From the sequence record NC_054934.1: a stretch of DNA of 64,000 bases; one strand, written 5' to 3'. Source of the stretch: Escherichia phage teqskov. Of this stretch, positions 21,209-30,332 are shown one piece after another. Position 1 is the stretch's first letter. Every line of letters starts with the position of its first letter. The notes under the pieces were generated by a model, which worked only from the letters and a program-made list of their open reading frames with translations, ran no database searches and was not told the DNA's origin. Position numbers and translations under genes: made by a program.

Positions 21209-21802
21209 ATGAACATGCTGAAGAAAATTGTTGAGTTTATTCGCACTAAACTTGGTTCTGCTATGGCTAAAAATTTATCTGTTGAAGAACAGTATACTGC
21301 TGCGGCAGCAAAACTACTTGATAAGATTAAAGATCTAAAAACTGCTTCTGTTAAATCTATTAATGAAGAAAAACGTATTCGTGAACTTATTGTCGAAAAG
21401 AATCGACAGGCCGAATCAAAAGAGCGTGAAATTCGCAAGCTTCTTTCTGAAGGTCAAGATGTAACAATGCATGCTAAACTCGGCTTGCTATATCGTCGAA
21501 CAGCTGAACAGTTGACTACTAAAGCTGATGGTTATGCTGAAATGCGAATTGAAATCGCCAAGAAAGTAGTTGAATTGGATGATGCTCGCCAAGAACTTGC
21601 AGTTAAATTGGAATATATCCGTGAAACTCGTGCAGCAAATGCCCTTGGAATTAGTACTGCTGATGATGTAGTTGAAATTGCAGCGCTAACTAAAGTTGAT
21701 ATTGAAGATACTCTCGCCCGAGTTGAAACCTTTAATGGTAATATTTCTGGGGTTGAAACTACCTCTGCCGATGTTCAGGAATATATTAATTCTCTGAAAT
21801 AA
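21209..21802 (+). CDS. coiled-coil protein, possibly PspA/IM30-like
   Basis: 197 aa, almost entirely heptad-like helical sequence; PspA resemblance is weak and from memory. Confidence 0.5.
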   Translation: MNMLKKIVEFIRTKLGSAMAKNLSVEEQYTAAAAKLLDKIKDLKTASVKSINEEKRIRELIVEKNRQAESKEREIRKLLSEGQDVTMHAKLGLLYRRTAEQLTTKADGYAEMRIEIAKKVVELDDARQELAVKLEYIRETRAANALGISTADDVVEIAALTKVDIEDTLARVETFNGNISGVETTSADVQEYINSLK

Positions 21803-21807
21803 TGATA

Positions 21808-21823
21808 AGGGGCTTCGGCCCCT
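21808..21823 (+). terminator. hairpin (aggggcTTCGgcccct), weak T-run
   Basis: GC stem with TTCG loop directly after the stop codon. Confidence 0.45.
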
Positions 21824-21849
21824 ATTACTTGGAGTAAGTAGGAATGAAA

Positions 21850-22449
21850 ATGCAAAGTGATTTCAATTCAATGTTTGAAGAGTTCCAAAGACAGGTTGAT
21901 GTTCCAGACCAATTACTAAATGCTCTTAAACGCATGGCAGAAGGACGTAATTACTATTGGGGGTCTTCATATGAAACTGATGAAAGTCTTTCTGGATTTT
22001 ATAAAGGTAAAAAGTCTTTAATACGTCCTGGAATACTTATTAACAGTATTGAATCAATTCATTTATTAACATGCGATTTTGACGTTGAATTTACTGATTT
22101 TGTTTCTCCTGAATGGACGGTCTGTTATTTAAACGACGATTATGATTATCTTGGCGTTTATAGTTTAAGTGATGCATGGTTTAAACGTAATTTACAAAAG
22201 TCAAATTTATTCTATATTGATACTACTGTAAAATTTCAGGGCAAGAAATATTTCTTTACTCTTATAGTTGATTCTGAAACGAAGCATGAAAATAAACGTA
22301 TTCTTAGTAAAAAGAATATCTTAACTATTGTCGATGTTCTTTTTGATAAATTCGTAGAAAATCCTAATTTTGAAAGCGATTTATTATTAGAAAAATTTGT
22401 TAAGGAATGTAGAGAATATGTCAAAGCCATCACTATACCTTCCAAGTAA
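21850..22449 (+). CDS. hypothetical protein
   Basis: 199 aa from second ATG (better SD spacing). Confidence 0.5.
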   Translation: MQSDFNSMFEEFQRQVDVPDQLLNALKRMAEGRNYYWGSSYETDESLSGFYKGKKSLIRPGILINSIESIHLLTCDFDVEFTDFVSPEWTVCYLNDDYDYLGVYSLSDAWFKRNLQKSNLFYIDTTVKFQGKKYFFTLIVDSETKHENKRILSKKNILTIVDVLFDKFVENPNFESDLLLEKFVKECREYVKAITIPSK

Positions 22450-22810
22450 ACCCTTAAAGTATGAATTAAAGCGTCAGATAATTTCTACTGATGTGTTAAT
22501 AGGTCCTGTGGTAGCTGTATCATTTGTGATTCTGCTGATTGCTGGAATGGTTATAGACGTTATGACTGATATTGAATCTGGTGCAATATTTGGAGCAACA
22601 CTAATTCTTCCATTGGTAGTTCCGCTTTTATTAGTACCTATAAATTGGATAGGATATTGGTATCAAGGAAGACACTATCGTAAACGTGTACGTGATTGGA
22701 AAGCTCAGTGTAAAAAGATTAAAAAGGAACATCAGCTTAAACTTGCTGCGCATGAATTTGATGAAATTATGAAATTTGTTAAGGAATCACGATGCAAAAG
22801 CCAAAACTAA
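22418..22810 (+). CDS. membrane protein, member of tandem triplet with C-terminal CRK motif
   Basis: 130 aa; central hydrophobic helices; C-terminus FVKESRCKSQN. Confidence 0.45.
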   Translation: MSKPSLYLPSKPLKYELKRQIISTDVLIGPVVAVSFVILLIAGMVIDVMTDIESGAIFGATLILPLVVPLLLVPINWIGYWYQGRHYRKRVRDWKAQCKKIKKEHQLKLAAHEFDEIMKFVKESRCKSQN

Positions 22811-23154
22811 ATAAAGTCAAATATTCTCTTCCTGAGGCACTATTAATTCTTGCCGTATCAGCATTTGCAGCTCTTGCAGGTAGTCTTATTGGATTGTTAA
22901 TTGACTGTTTTATTTTAAACATCGACGGCACAGTAATTATAACAGAGGTTTGGAGTGAACTTCGTTTTACTATAGCGATTTCATTATTTTCATTCTTTGG
23001 TACAATGTTATATTTTCATTATGATAATTTTAAAATAAATTGGCAAAGAAAAAAGGATTACAAAATACAATTAAAGGAATATAATAGCTACATGTCTTAT
23101 ATTGAAAAAGAATCAATGGAAGAGTTTGTGAGTGATTGTAGGAAAATTAAATGA
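22792..23154 (+). CDS. membrane protein, second member of tandem triplet
   Basis: 120 aa; hydrophobic N-terminal half; C-terminus FVSDCRKIK. Confidence 0.5.
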   Translation: MQKPKLNKVKYSLPEALLILAVSAFAALAGSLIGLLIDCFILNIDGTVIITEVWSELRFTIAISLFSFFGTMLYFHYDNFKINWQRKKDYKIQLKEYNSYMSYIEKESMEEFVSDCRKIK

Positions 23155-23639
23155 TTTTAAAAACTCGCTGGTATGATTTAGATGATGGGGACGATGGCAT
23201 TTCAGTTGATAGAGTTGATTGGAGTGGCTGTTCTGAAGATACAAAGAAACGATTAATTAGGGAGTTTAGAATGGGATATCAAGCAGCTAAGCCATCTACT
23301 GTAACAGATGATAAATTCGTGTGTATTCAAAATGGTCGTGCTAAGTTAACGAACGCTGATTGGTTCACAGATAAGAAGGTTATTCTGTGGTATATTATTA
23401 GTTTTCCTGTGACATCATTTGTATTTTGCTTCTTTGGAGAAAGTCCAGTAGGCAGAACGGAAGATTGGATTCTTTTAATTATACTTGTTAATATTTTTAC
23501 AGCAACAGTACTATCAGGAATATGGTGCGTGTTCATTGAAATGCCATGGCGGTTACGTAGGCAGCAAAAGATTTTTGATGAAAAGAAATATACTCAAAAT
23601 TTAAATAATTTTATCACTGAATGCAGGAAATTAAAATGA
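23151..23639 (+). CDS. membrane protein, third member of tandem triplet
   Basis: 162 aa; hydrophobic segments; C-terminus FITECRKLK. Confidence 0.5.
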   Translation: MILKTRWYDLDDGDDGISVDRVDWSGCSEDTKKRLIREFRMGYQAAKPSTVTDDKFVCIQNGRAKLTNADWFTDKKVILWYIISFPVTSFVFCFFGESPVGRTEDWILLIILVNIFTATVLSGIWCVFIEMPWRLRRQQKIFDEKKYTQNLNNFITECRKLK

Positions 23640-24076
23640 AAACATTATCAGCTGGTATTATCTTTATGACAGAAGATAAAGATTTATTTATGGGACGAGT
23701 TACTGGTTCTCGTAAGCCTGGAATGATGGCACATCGCTGGGATATTCCAAAGGGGCGTGTAGAAAATTCTGATTTAAGCGCATTAGATGCAGCACGAAGA
23801 GAATGCTCAGAAGAGACTGGTTTTAACAATTATAATCCAGACCTTCTAGAAGACCTAGGTGTATTTAAATATTCTAGTAATAAAGACTTACAGTTATTTT
23901 ATTATACGATTCCAGTAGAGCATGAGATGTTCAGAAATTGCCATTGCGAGTCTTATTTTGAAAATAAAGATGGTGTTATGATTCCAGAGATGGATGCTTT
24001 TGCCCTTATTCCTCGTACTCAGTGGCAATATGTGATGGGTCCTTCACTTTACCGAATAATGAACAGCCTCTTTTAA
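23636..24076 (+). CDS. nudE: Nudix hydrolase (T4 e.1/NudE-like)
   Basis: Nudix-box-like segment GRVENSDLSALDAARRECSEETGF; start chosen at the ATG with SD AGGA; alternative ATG at 23621. Confidence 0.7.
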   Translation: MKTLSAGIIFMTEDKDLFMGRVTGSRKPGMMAHRWDIPKGRVENSDLSALDAARRECSEETGFNNYNPDLLEDLGVFKYSSNKDLQLFYYTIPVEHEMFRNCHCESYFENKDGVMIPEMDAFALIPRTQWQYVMGPSLYRIMNSLF

Positions 24077-24607
<531 letters not shown>

Positions 24608-24611
24608 AGTT

Positions 24612-24645
24612 GTTTACTTTCTCCTAGAATTGTGATAGTATATTC
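24612..24645 (+). promoter_or_regulatory. early promoter upstream of denV
   Basis: GTTTAC box followed by tgtgatagtatatt -10-like region with flanking inverted repeat. Confidence 0.45.
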
Positions 24646-24666
24646 ACAGTTACTTGGAGGGATAAA

Positions 24667-25083
24667 ATGACTCGTATTAATTTGACTTTAGTATCTGAAC
24701 TTGCTGATCAACATTTAATCGCAGAATACCGTGAATTGCCACGTGTTTTTGGTATAGTTCGTAAGCATGTGGCAAACGGTAAGCGCGTTAAAGATTTTAA
24801 AATATCTTCCGAGTTTATTTTAGGTTCTGGTCATGTTACGTTCTTTTACGATAAGTTAGAATTTTTGCGAAAGCGTCAATTAGACATTATAACGGAATGC
24901 TTAAAACGAGGGTTCAGTATAAAAGATACTGAAGTTCCTGACATCAGCGATATTCCAGTAGAATGGAAAAATGATTATAATCCATGCAAATCAGCTATTA
25001 AATTGAGTCAACAACGACTTGATGAAAAAATTTTAATGAAACCACATTGGTATAAGTATTACGGTAAAAATATTTACATTTAA
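24667..25083 (+). CDS. denV: endonuclease V (pyrimidine dimer glycosylase) denV
   Basis: 138 aa; N-terminus [17 protein letters not shown] and overall pattern match remembered T4 endoV, with divergence in the C-terminal third. Confidence 0.9.
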   Translation: MTRINLTLVSELADQHLIAEYRELPRVFGIVRKHVANGKRVKDFKISSEFILGSGHVTFFYDKLEFLRKRQLDIITECLKRGFSIKDTEVPDISDIPVEWKNDYNPCKSAIKLSQQRLDEKILMKPHWYKYYGKNIYI

Positions 25084-25092
25084 AGGAAACAT

Positions 25093-25566
25093 ATGAAAAC
25101 ATATCAAGAATTTATCACTGAAGCAGCTATTAATTCTCAAATTATTGCTGAATCTTTTACCGATCTTTTGAAATTTAAAAAAGGTCAAAAAATCACTGCT
25201 GTATTGGATGATGGTACAGAAGTTGAGATGGATGTACAGGGATATAATTATGCAGTAGATGGAAAACTGTATAATAAATCTCATGCTAAATTTGATTCAT
25301 TTGACGACTTTGTTAATACAGTTGAAGATGAAAAAACTCGTAGATCCATTGCAACTGGTGATGCTAAGGTTCTTATGGCACATGGTCATGAACGCATTCG
25401 CGCTAAACAGAATAAAATGGGTGAAGATAATTTTGCATTAGTTGGTTATCAATCTGGTAAACAAACTTATGGCTATCAACGTACTGCTACCATGTATAAT
25501 AAAAATGGTAAAATCGCTTTCGTGAATAGTAAAGGTTCTATTCAGTACGTTAAATCGTTCAAATAA
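25093..25566 (+). CDS. internal-protein-like protein
   Basis: 157 aa; N-terminus MKTYQEFITEA matches the internal protein leader. Confidence 0.6.
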   Translation: MKTYQEFITEAAINSQIIAESFTDLLKFKKGQKITAVLDDGTEVEMDVQGYNYAVDGKLYNKSHAKFDSFDDFVNTVEDEKTRRSIATGDAKVLMAHGHERIRAKQNKMGEDNFALVGYQSGKQTYGYQRTATMYNKNGKIAFVNSKGSIQYVKSFK

Positions 25567-25706
25567 TATGGGAACAACCTGGACCTCATGATTCTATGAG
25601 GGATTCCCGCCAACCTGTAATAAGGTCGAGCCTGAGTGCGGTAATGGGTAAATACAGAAATGGACAATTCATGCGCCACGGAATGGCCCAAATTTAGAGA
25701 GAATAA

Positions 25707-26247
25707 AATGAGAACATTTTTAACTGGTCCTTATCTATCCCTGATGAATGCTTTTACACACCATTCTGACGCTAGAGTAGAAGAAATTTGTAAAAACGAA
25801 TATATCCCGCCATTTGAAGAATTACTTAAACAGTACTGCACACTTCGACTAGATGGTGGACGTCAATCTGGTAAATCAACTGCAGTAACTAATTTTGCCG
25901 CTAATTGGTTGTATGACGGTGGAACAGTTATTGTTCTTTCTAATACTTCAGCTTACGCTAAAATTTCTGCAAATAACATTAAAAAGGAATTTTCGCGTTA
26001 TTCTAATGATGATATACGTTTTCGTTTATTTACTGATTCTGTACGCAGTTTTATTGGTAATAAAGGAAGTAAGTTCAGAGGTTTATCGCTTTCGCGAATT
26101 TTGTATATAATTGACGAGCCTGTCAAATCTCCTGATATGGATAAGATTTATAGTGTCCATATTGACACTGTACACTGCTGCTGTAATATTAAATGTTGTA
26201 TTGGTGGTATTACTCGTCCACAGTTTTTCGTAATCGGAATGCAATGA
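25707..26247 (+). CDS. small P-loop NTPase-like protein
   Basis: 180 aa from ATG with SD; Walker A GGRQSGKST and Walker B-like ILYIIDEP. Confidence 0.5.
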
Positions 26248-26573
26248 TGACAGACACTCAGCTTTTCGAATATCTTTATTTTTCGCCAAAAACTATTAAA
26301 AATAAATTGGTGAATCATTTTGAAATTTTGGCAAATAATAACACTTTGAGCGAATTTTATCCCAAGCAATACAAATTACAAAAAGGTATATTCAAAGGAT
26401 GCAGAGTTTTGTGCACTGCTCCTAATGCACGGCTAATGAATAAAATTCCATATTTTACCATGGAATTTATTGATGGACCTTTTAAAGGATTAATTACCCA
26501 AAGTTTAATGGCATATGATTCTGAGCCATTTTTAATTAAAGAACAATCTTGGATAAATTTATTTTCTAATTGA
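26244..26573 (+). CDS. hypothetical protein
   Basis: 109 aa, ATG overlapping the upstream stop. Confidence 0.45.
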   Translation: MMTDTQLFEYLYFSPKTIKNKLVNHFEILANNNTLSEFYPKQYKLQKGIFKGCRVLCTAPNARLMNKIPYFTMEFIDGPFKGLITQSLMAYDSEPFLIKEQSWINLFSN

Positions 26574-26580
26574 GGTTTAT

Positions 26581-26943
26581 ATGAAAGCATATCAAATTCT
26601 TGAAGGCACACATAAAGGCACTATTTATTTTGAAGATGGTATTCAAGCACGAATTATTGTCTCTAAAACCTTTAAAGAGGACTCTTTTGTAGACCCAGAA
26701 ATTTTCTACGGTTTGCATGCCCGTGAAATTGAAATTGAGCCACAGCCTACAGTTAAAATTGAAGGTGGTCAACACCTGAACGTTAACGTTCTGCGTCGTG
26801 AAACTCTGGAAGATGCAGTTAAGCATCCGGAAAAATATCCGCAGCTGACCATCCGTGTATCCGGTTATGCAGTTCGCTTTAACTCTCTGACTCCGGAACA
26901 GCAGCGCGACGTTATCGCTCGTACCTTCACCGAGAGTTTGTAA
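26581..26943 (+). CDS. autonomous glycyl radical cofactor (GrcA/YfiD-like)
   Basis: 120 aa; C-terminal about 60 aa ([60 protein letters not shown]) carries the RVSGY glycyl-radical motif. Confidence 0.8.
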   Translation: MKAYQILEGTHKGTIYFEDGIQARIIVSKTFKEDSFVDPEIFYGLHAREIEIEPQPTVKIEGGQHLNVNVLRRETLEDAVKHPEKYPQLTIRVSGYAVRFNSLTPEQQRDVIARTFTESL

Positions 26944-27164
26944 TGGCAAAGATAATTATTGAAGGTTCTAAAGATGTGCTAAATGCTTTCGCCGAGTGGT
27001 TTAGTAATTCAGGCGAACAGCAATTTAACGAAGCGTGGAATATGGGTGATATTGATGGAATTTATCCTACTACAGAAATTTCTGTTCAGGGATATGGCAT
27101 TCATGAACCTATTCGTTTAGTTGAATACGATTTATGTACTGGTGAGGAAGTCAAATATGATTGA
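26943..27164 (+). CDS. hypothetical protein
   Basis: 73 aa ORF overlapping upstream stop. Confidence 0.5.
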   Translation: MAKIIIEGSKDVLNAFAEWFSNSGEQQFNEAWNMGDIDGIYPTTEISVQGYGIHEPIRLVEYDLCTGEEVKYD

Positions 27165-27453
27165 AGATATTAAAGGTTATAAGCCACATACCGACGAAAA
27201 AATCGGTAAAGTAAATGCTATTAAAGACGCTGAAGTTCGTTTAGGACTTATCTTTGATGCTTTATACGATGAATTTTGGGAAGCATTTGATAGCTGTGAA
27301 GATGATGAACTCGCGAAGAATTACGCCGAAAGCCTCGATCAGTTAACTATTGCTAAACGAAACTCAAAGAAGCCAGTATGTGGGCTTGTCGTGCAGTGTT
27401 CCAACCAGAGGAAAAATACTAATGGCTCAATTAAGTGCAGGGTTTGGTTATGA
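27157..27453 (+). CDS. hypothetical protein
   Basis: 98 aa from ATG overlapping previous stop; 3' end overlaps the next ORF in another frame. Confidence 0.4.
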   Translation: MIEDIKGYKPHTDEKIGKVNAIKDAEVRLGLIFDALYDEFWEAFDSCEDDELAKNYAESLDQLTIAKRNSKKPVCGLVVQCSNQRKNTNGSIKCRVWL

Positions 27454-27700
27454 GTATTATACTGCCCCTCGTCGTGTATCTGTCGCTCCTAAGAAAATTC
27501 AAAGTCTTGATGACTTCCAGGAAGTAGTCCGTAAAGCTTTCCAGGACTATGCACGTTATCTTAAAGAAGATTCACAGGACTGTCTCGAAGAAGATGAAAT
27601 TGCTTACTATGAGCAGCGTCTTGAACAGCTTAAAAACTTACATGAGGTTCGTGCAGAAGTTTCAAAGTCTATGAATAAATTGATTAGATTTAAAGAATAA
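27422..27700 (+). CDS. hypothetical protein
   Basis: 92 aa from ATG with purine-rich SD. Confidence 0.45.
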   Translation: MAQLSAGFGYEYYTAPRRVSVAPKKIQSLDDFQEVVRKAFQDYARYLKEDSQDCLEEDEIAYYEQRLEQLKNLHEVRAEVSKSMNKLIRFKE

Positions 27701-27702
27701 CT

Positions 27703-27732
27703 GTTTACTTTTCCTCTTGACTGTGGTATAAT
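27703..27732 (+). promoter_or_regulatory. early promoter upstream of regB
   Basis: GTTTAC, 18-nt spacer, TGgTATAAT. Confidence 0.55.
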
Positions 27733-27759
27733 TTTTCTATCAGTTAAGAGGAGAATAAC

Positions 27760-28221
27760 ATGACTATCAATACAGAAGTTTTTATCCGTCGAAATAAGCT
27801 TCGTCGTCACTTTGAGTCGGAGTTTCGTCAAATTAACAATGAGATTCGTGAGGCATCAAAAGCAGCAGGAGTCTCATCGTTTCATCTAAAATATTCTCAA
27901 CATCTTCTTGATCGTGCAATTCAACGGGAGATTGATGAGACATATGTTTTTGAATTATTCCATAAAATAAAAGACCATGTTTTAGAAGTTAATGAATTCC
28001 TGAGTATGCCTCCGCGTCCTGACATTGACGAGGATTTTATTGATGGGGTTGAATATCGTCCTGGACGTTTAGAAATCACAGATGGAAATCTTTGGCTTGG
28101 ATTTACGGTTTGTAAGCCTAATGAGAAGTTCAAAAACCCGTCACTTCAATGCAGGATGGCAATTATCAACAGTCGTCGTTTACCAGGAAAGGCTTCTAAA
28201 GCAGTAATTAAAACTCAATGA
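27760..28221 (+). CDS. regB: probable RegB site-specific endoribonuclease
   Basis: 153 aa (T4 RegB size), located upstream of vs.1/tk as in T4. Confidence 0.65.
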   Translation: MTINTEVFIRRNKLRRHFESEFRQINNEIREASKAAGVSSFHLKYSQHLLDRAIQREIDETYVFELFHKIKDHVLEVNEFLSMPPRPDIDEDFIDGVEYRPGRLEITDGNLWLGFTVCKPNEKFKNPSLQCRMAIINSRRLPGKASKAVIKTQ

Positions 28222-28228
28222 GGTAAGC

Positions 28229-28774
28229 ATGAGAAAAGCACTACTCGCTGGTCTATTGGCCATTTCAATGATGGCACATAGCTCCGAGCATACTTTCAGT
28301 AATGTCCAACTCGATAACATGCGTTACGCGTATCAATTCGGGGAACAATTTTCTAAGGATGGAAAATATAAAACACACAAAAATATCCACAAGAGCGGAT
28401 TAGGTCATATAATGGCTGCTATTTTATGGCAAGAAAGCTCTGGCGGAGTTAATTTAAAATCTAAACCAAAGCATCACGCCTACGGAATGTTCCAAAATTA
28501 TTTGCCTACTATGCGAGCAAGAGTTAAGGAACTTGGTTATAATATGACCGATGCTGAAATAAAAAGAATGTTGAATAAACGGTCCAATTCAGCTTCCTGG
28601 GCGTACATTGAACTTTCTTATTGGTTAAATATACATAAGGGCGATATAAGAAAAGCAATATCCTCTTATAATTCGGGATGGAATGTTAAAGCAGGTTCTA
28701 AATATGCTTCTGAAGTCCTAGAAAAGGCTAATTACCTTAAAAATAATAAACTTTTGGAAATAGTAAATGACTAA
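28229..28774 (+). CDS. secreted lytic transglycosylase-like protein (T4 vs.1-like)
   Basis: 181 aa; N-terminal signal-like segment; SLT motifs ILWQESSGG, YGMFQN, SSYNSGW. Confidence 0.65.
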   Translation: MRKALLAGLLAISMMAHSSEHTFSNVQLDNMRYAYQFGEQFSKDGKYKTHKNIHKSGLGHIMAAILWQESSGGVNLKSKPKHHAYGMFQNYLPTMRARVKELGYNMTDAEIKRMLNKRSNSASWAYIELSYWLNIHKGDIRKAISSYNSGWNVKAGSKYASEVLEKANYLKNNKLLEIVND

Positions 28775-29108
28775 AATTTTGGTTTTATGTATAGGATTAA
28801 TTTCATTTTCTGCGTTAGCAGATACATCATATACTGAAATTAGAGAGTATGTAAACCGTACTGCCGCGGATTATTGTGGGAAAAATAAAGCATGCCAAGC
28901 TGAATTTGCGCAGAAATTAATATATGCATATAAAGACGGAGAAAGAGATAAATCAAGCAGATACAAAAATGATACATTGTTAAAACGATATGCTAAAAAG
29001 TGGAATACCTTAGAATGTTCAGTTGCGGAGGAGAAAGATAAAGCCGCTTGTCATTCAATGGTTGACCGTTTAGTAGATTCTTATAATCGAGGATTGAGTA
29101 CTAGATGA
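28767..29108 (+). CDS. small secreted protein (vs-locus)
   Basis: 113 aa; N-terminal hydrophobic signal-like segment; four Cys. Confidence 0.5.
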   Translation: MTKILVLCIGLISFSALADTSYTEIREYVNRTAADYCGKNKACQAEFAQKLIYAYKDGERDKSSRYKNDTLLKRYAKKWNTLECSVAEEKDKAACHSMVDRLVDSYNRGLSTR

Positions 29109-29584
29109 TTGTAAAATATATCAAGGGCGATATTGTCGCCCTATTTCTTCAAGGTAATATTATTGCGCATGGGTGCAATTGCTTCCACACAATGGACTCT
29201 GGCGTAGCAGGTCAATTAGCAAGAGCCTATCCTAAAATTTTGGAAATAGATAAAACCACTACCGAGTACGGTTCTCGTGATAAATTAGGCGATATGTCTA
29301 TTGTTTTTAAACATAATCCTACAGGATTTGGTATATGCTATAACCTGTATACGCAATATGAACCGGGTCCTAATCTTGATTATGGTGCTTTAGTAAACTG
29401 CATGATAGAATTAAATCTACAGGCAGAAACCCTTTTGTTTAAACCAGTAATTTACATTCCACGCATAGGTTGCGGTATTGCTGGCGGCGATTGGGATAAG
29501 GTTTCTAAATTAATCGACATGTTTACTCCTGATATTGATTTAATAGTGGTGGATTATGAAAGTACATTACCCGCATCCGTTTGA
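29105..29584 (+). CDS. macro-domain-like protein
   Basis: 159 aa; KGDIVALFLQGNIIAHGCNCFHTMDSGVAGQLARAYP and C-terminal IYIPRIGCGIAGGDWDKV fit macro-domain nucleotide-binding loops. Confidence 0.55.
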   Translation: MIVKYIKGDIVALFLQGNIIAHGCNCFHTMDSGVAGQLARAYPKILEIDKTTTEYGSRDKLGDMSIVFKHNPTGFGICYNLYTQYEPGPNLDYGALVNCMIELNLQAETLLFKPVIYIPRIGCGIAGGDWDKVSKLIDMFTPDIDLIVVDYESTLPASV

Positions 29585-29768
29585 TCCTAAAAACAAAGTG
29601 GAAATTATTCGTCAATGGGAACGCATTTGCCGTACTAAATGTCCAATTAATAGTCCGCATGATGTAGATAAAGACTATATTGGAACATTCGTTGAATATA
29701 CCTTTATTGATAAGAAAGGTCGTAAACAGCACGTAGAAGAATATTGCTTAAAGGTTACATGGTTATGA
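29556..29768 (+). CDS. hypothetical Cys/His-containing small protein
   Basis: 70 aa ORF, overlaps upstream gene. Confidence 0.45.
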   Translation: MKVHYPHPFDPKNKVEIIRQWERICRTKCPINSPHDVDKDYIGTFVEYTFIDKKGRKQHVEEYCLKVTWL

Positions 29769-29971
29769 GCCAAACAAGTATTCTTAAAAATGCCCACTGC
29801 GAAAAGTGTGAATGGCCGGTTGTTTTTGCTTTATGTAATGATGAAATGGCTTGTGATTTCGATTATTGGTGCTATTGTTCTAATAAAGGATGCATCAATC
29901 ATAAAGGTGAAGGATTTTATTCAGGATTTTATCCTTATCCTGATTTCGTTAAAGAAGGTAAACCAAAATGA
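29765..29971 (+). CDS. hypothetical Cys-rich small protein
   Basis: 68 aa, Cys-rich, possible zinc-binding. Confidence 0.45.
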   Translation: MSQTSILKNAHCEKCEWPVVFALCNDEMACDFDYWCYCSNKGCINHKGEGFYSGFYPYPDFVKEGKPK

Positions 29972-30141
29972 ATAGTTTTGAGTTACAATATGAAGTGTTA
30001 CGTGAGCTTGATAATTTAATTGAACTCGCTGTCAATAAAGGTTTTGCCATTGGAATCGGTCAAAAAGATACTGGTCATTTAACCATGGAAATATTTAAGC
30101 AAAAGCGAATTATTTTAAAACTCCTGGAAATTAATATATGA
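29968..30141 (+). CDS. hypothetical small protein
   Basis: 57 aa ORF found by hand; both ends overlap neighbours by ATGA. Confidence 0.4.
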   Translation: MNSFELQYEVLRELDNLIELAVNKGFAIGIGQKDTGHLTMEIFKQKRIILKLLEINI

Positions 30142-30323
30142 GTCTGAGTAAAGAACAAAAAGATAAATTGTTTGAGCTTATCCATGAACTTCTAGATGAG
30201 CATACAGAAGCAAACACCTTTTATGATGAATACGGCCCGCTATCTCCCGAACAACAGGAAGAATTTGCTGATCGGTTTGATAAGAAAGAAAACGAATTAA
30301 TAGCTTATGTGAATACGCTTTAA
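30138..30323 (+). CDS. hypothetical acidic small protein
   Basis: 61 aa ORF. Confidence 0.5.
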   Translation: MSLSKEQKDKLFELIHELLDEHTEANTFYDEYGPLSPEQQEEFADRFDKKENELIAYVNTL

Positions 30324-30332
30324 GAAGGTGAT

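Noticed and set aside
25567-25706. GC-richer 140-nt spacer between the internal-protein-like gene and the P-loop ORF as a possible small RNA
   Set aside because: No promoter, terminator or convincing stem-loops found by eye; could simply be a 5' UTR
26566-26949. Minus-strand ORF antisense to the GrcA-like gene, and other minus-strand ORFs in the early region (for example 15278-15523, 20037-20276, 21187-21438, 56353-56769)
   Set aside because: All supported genes from 12719 onward are on the plus strand and tightly packed; these overlap them and have odd composition
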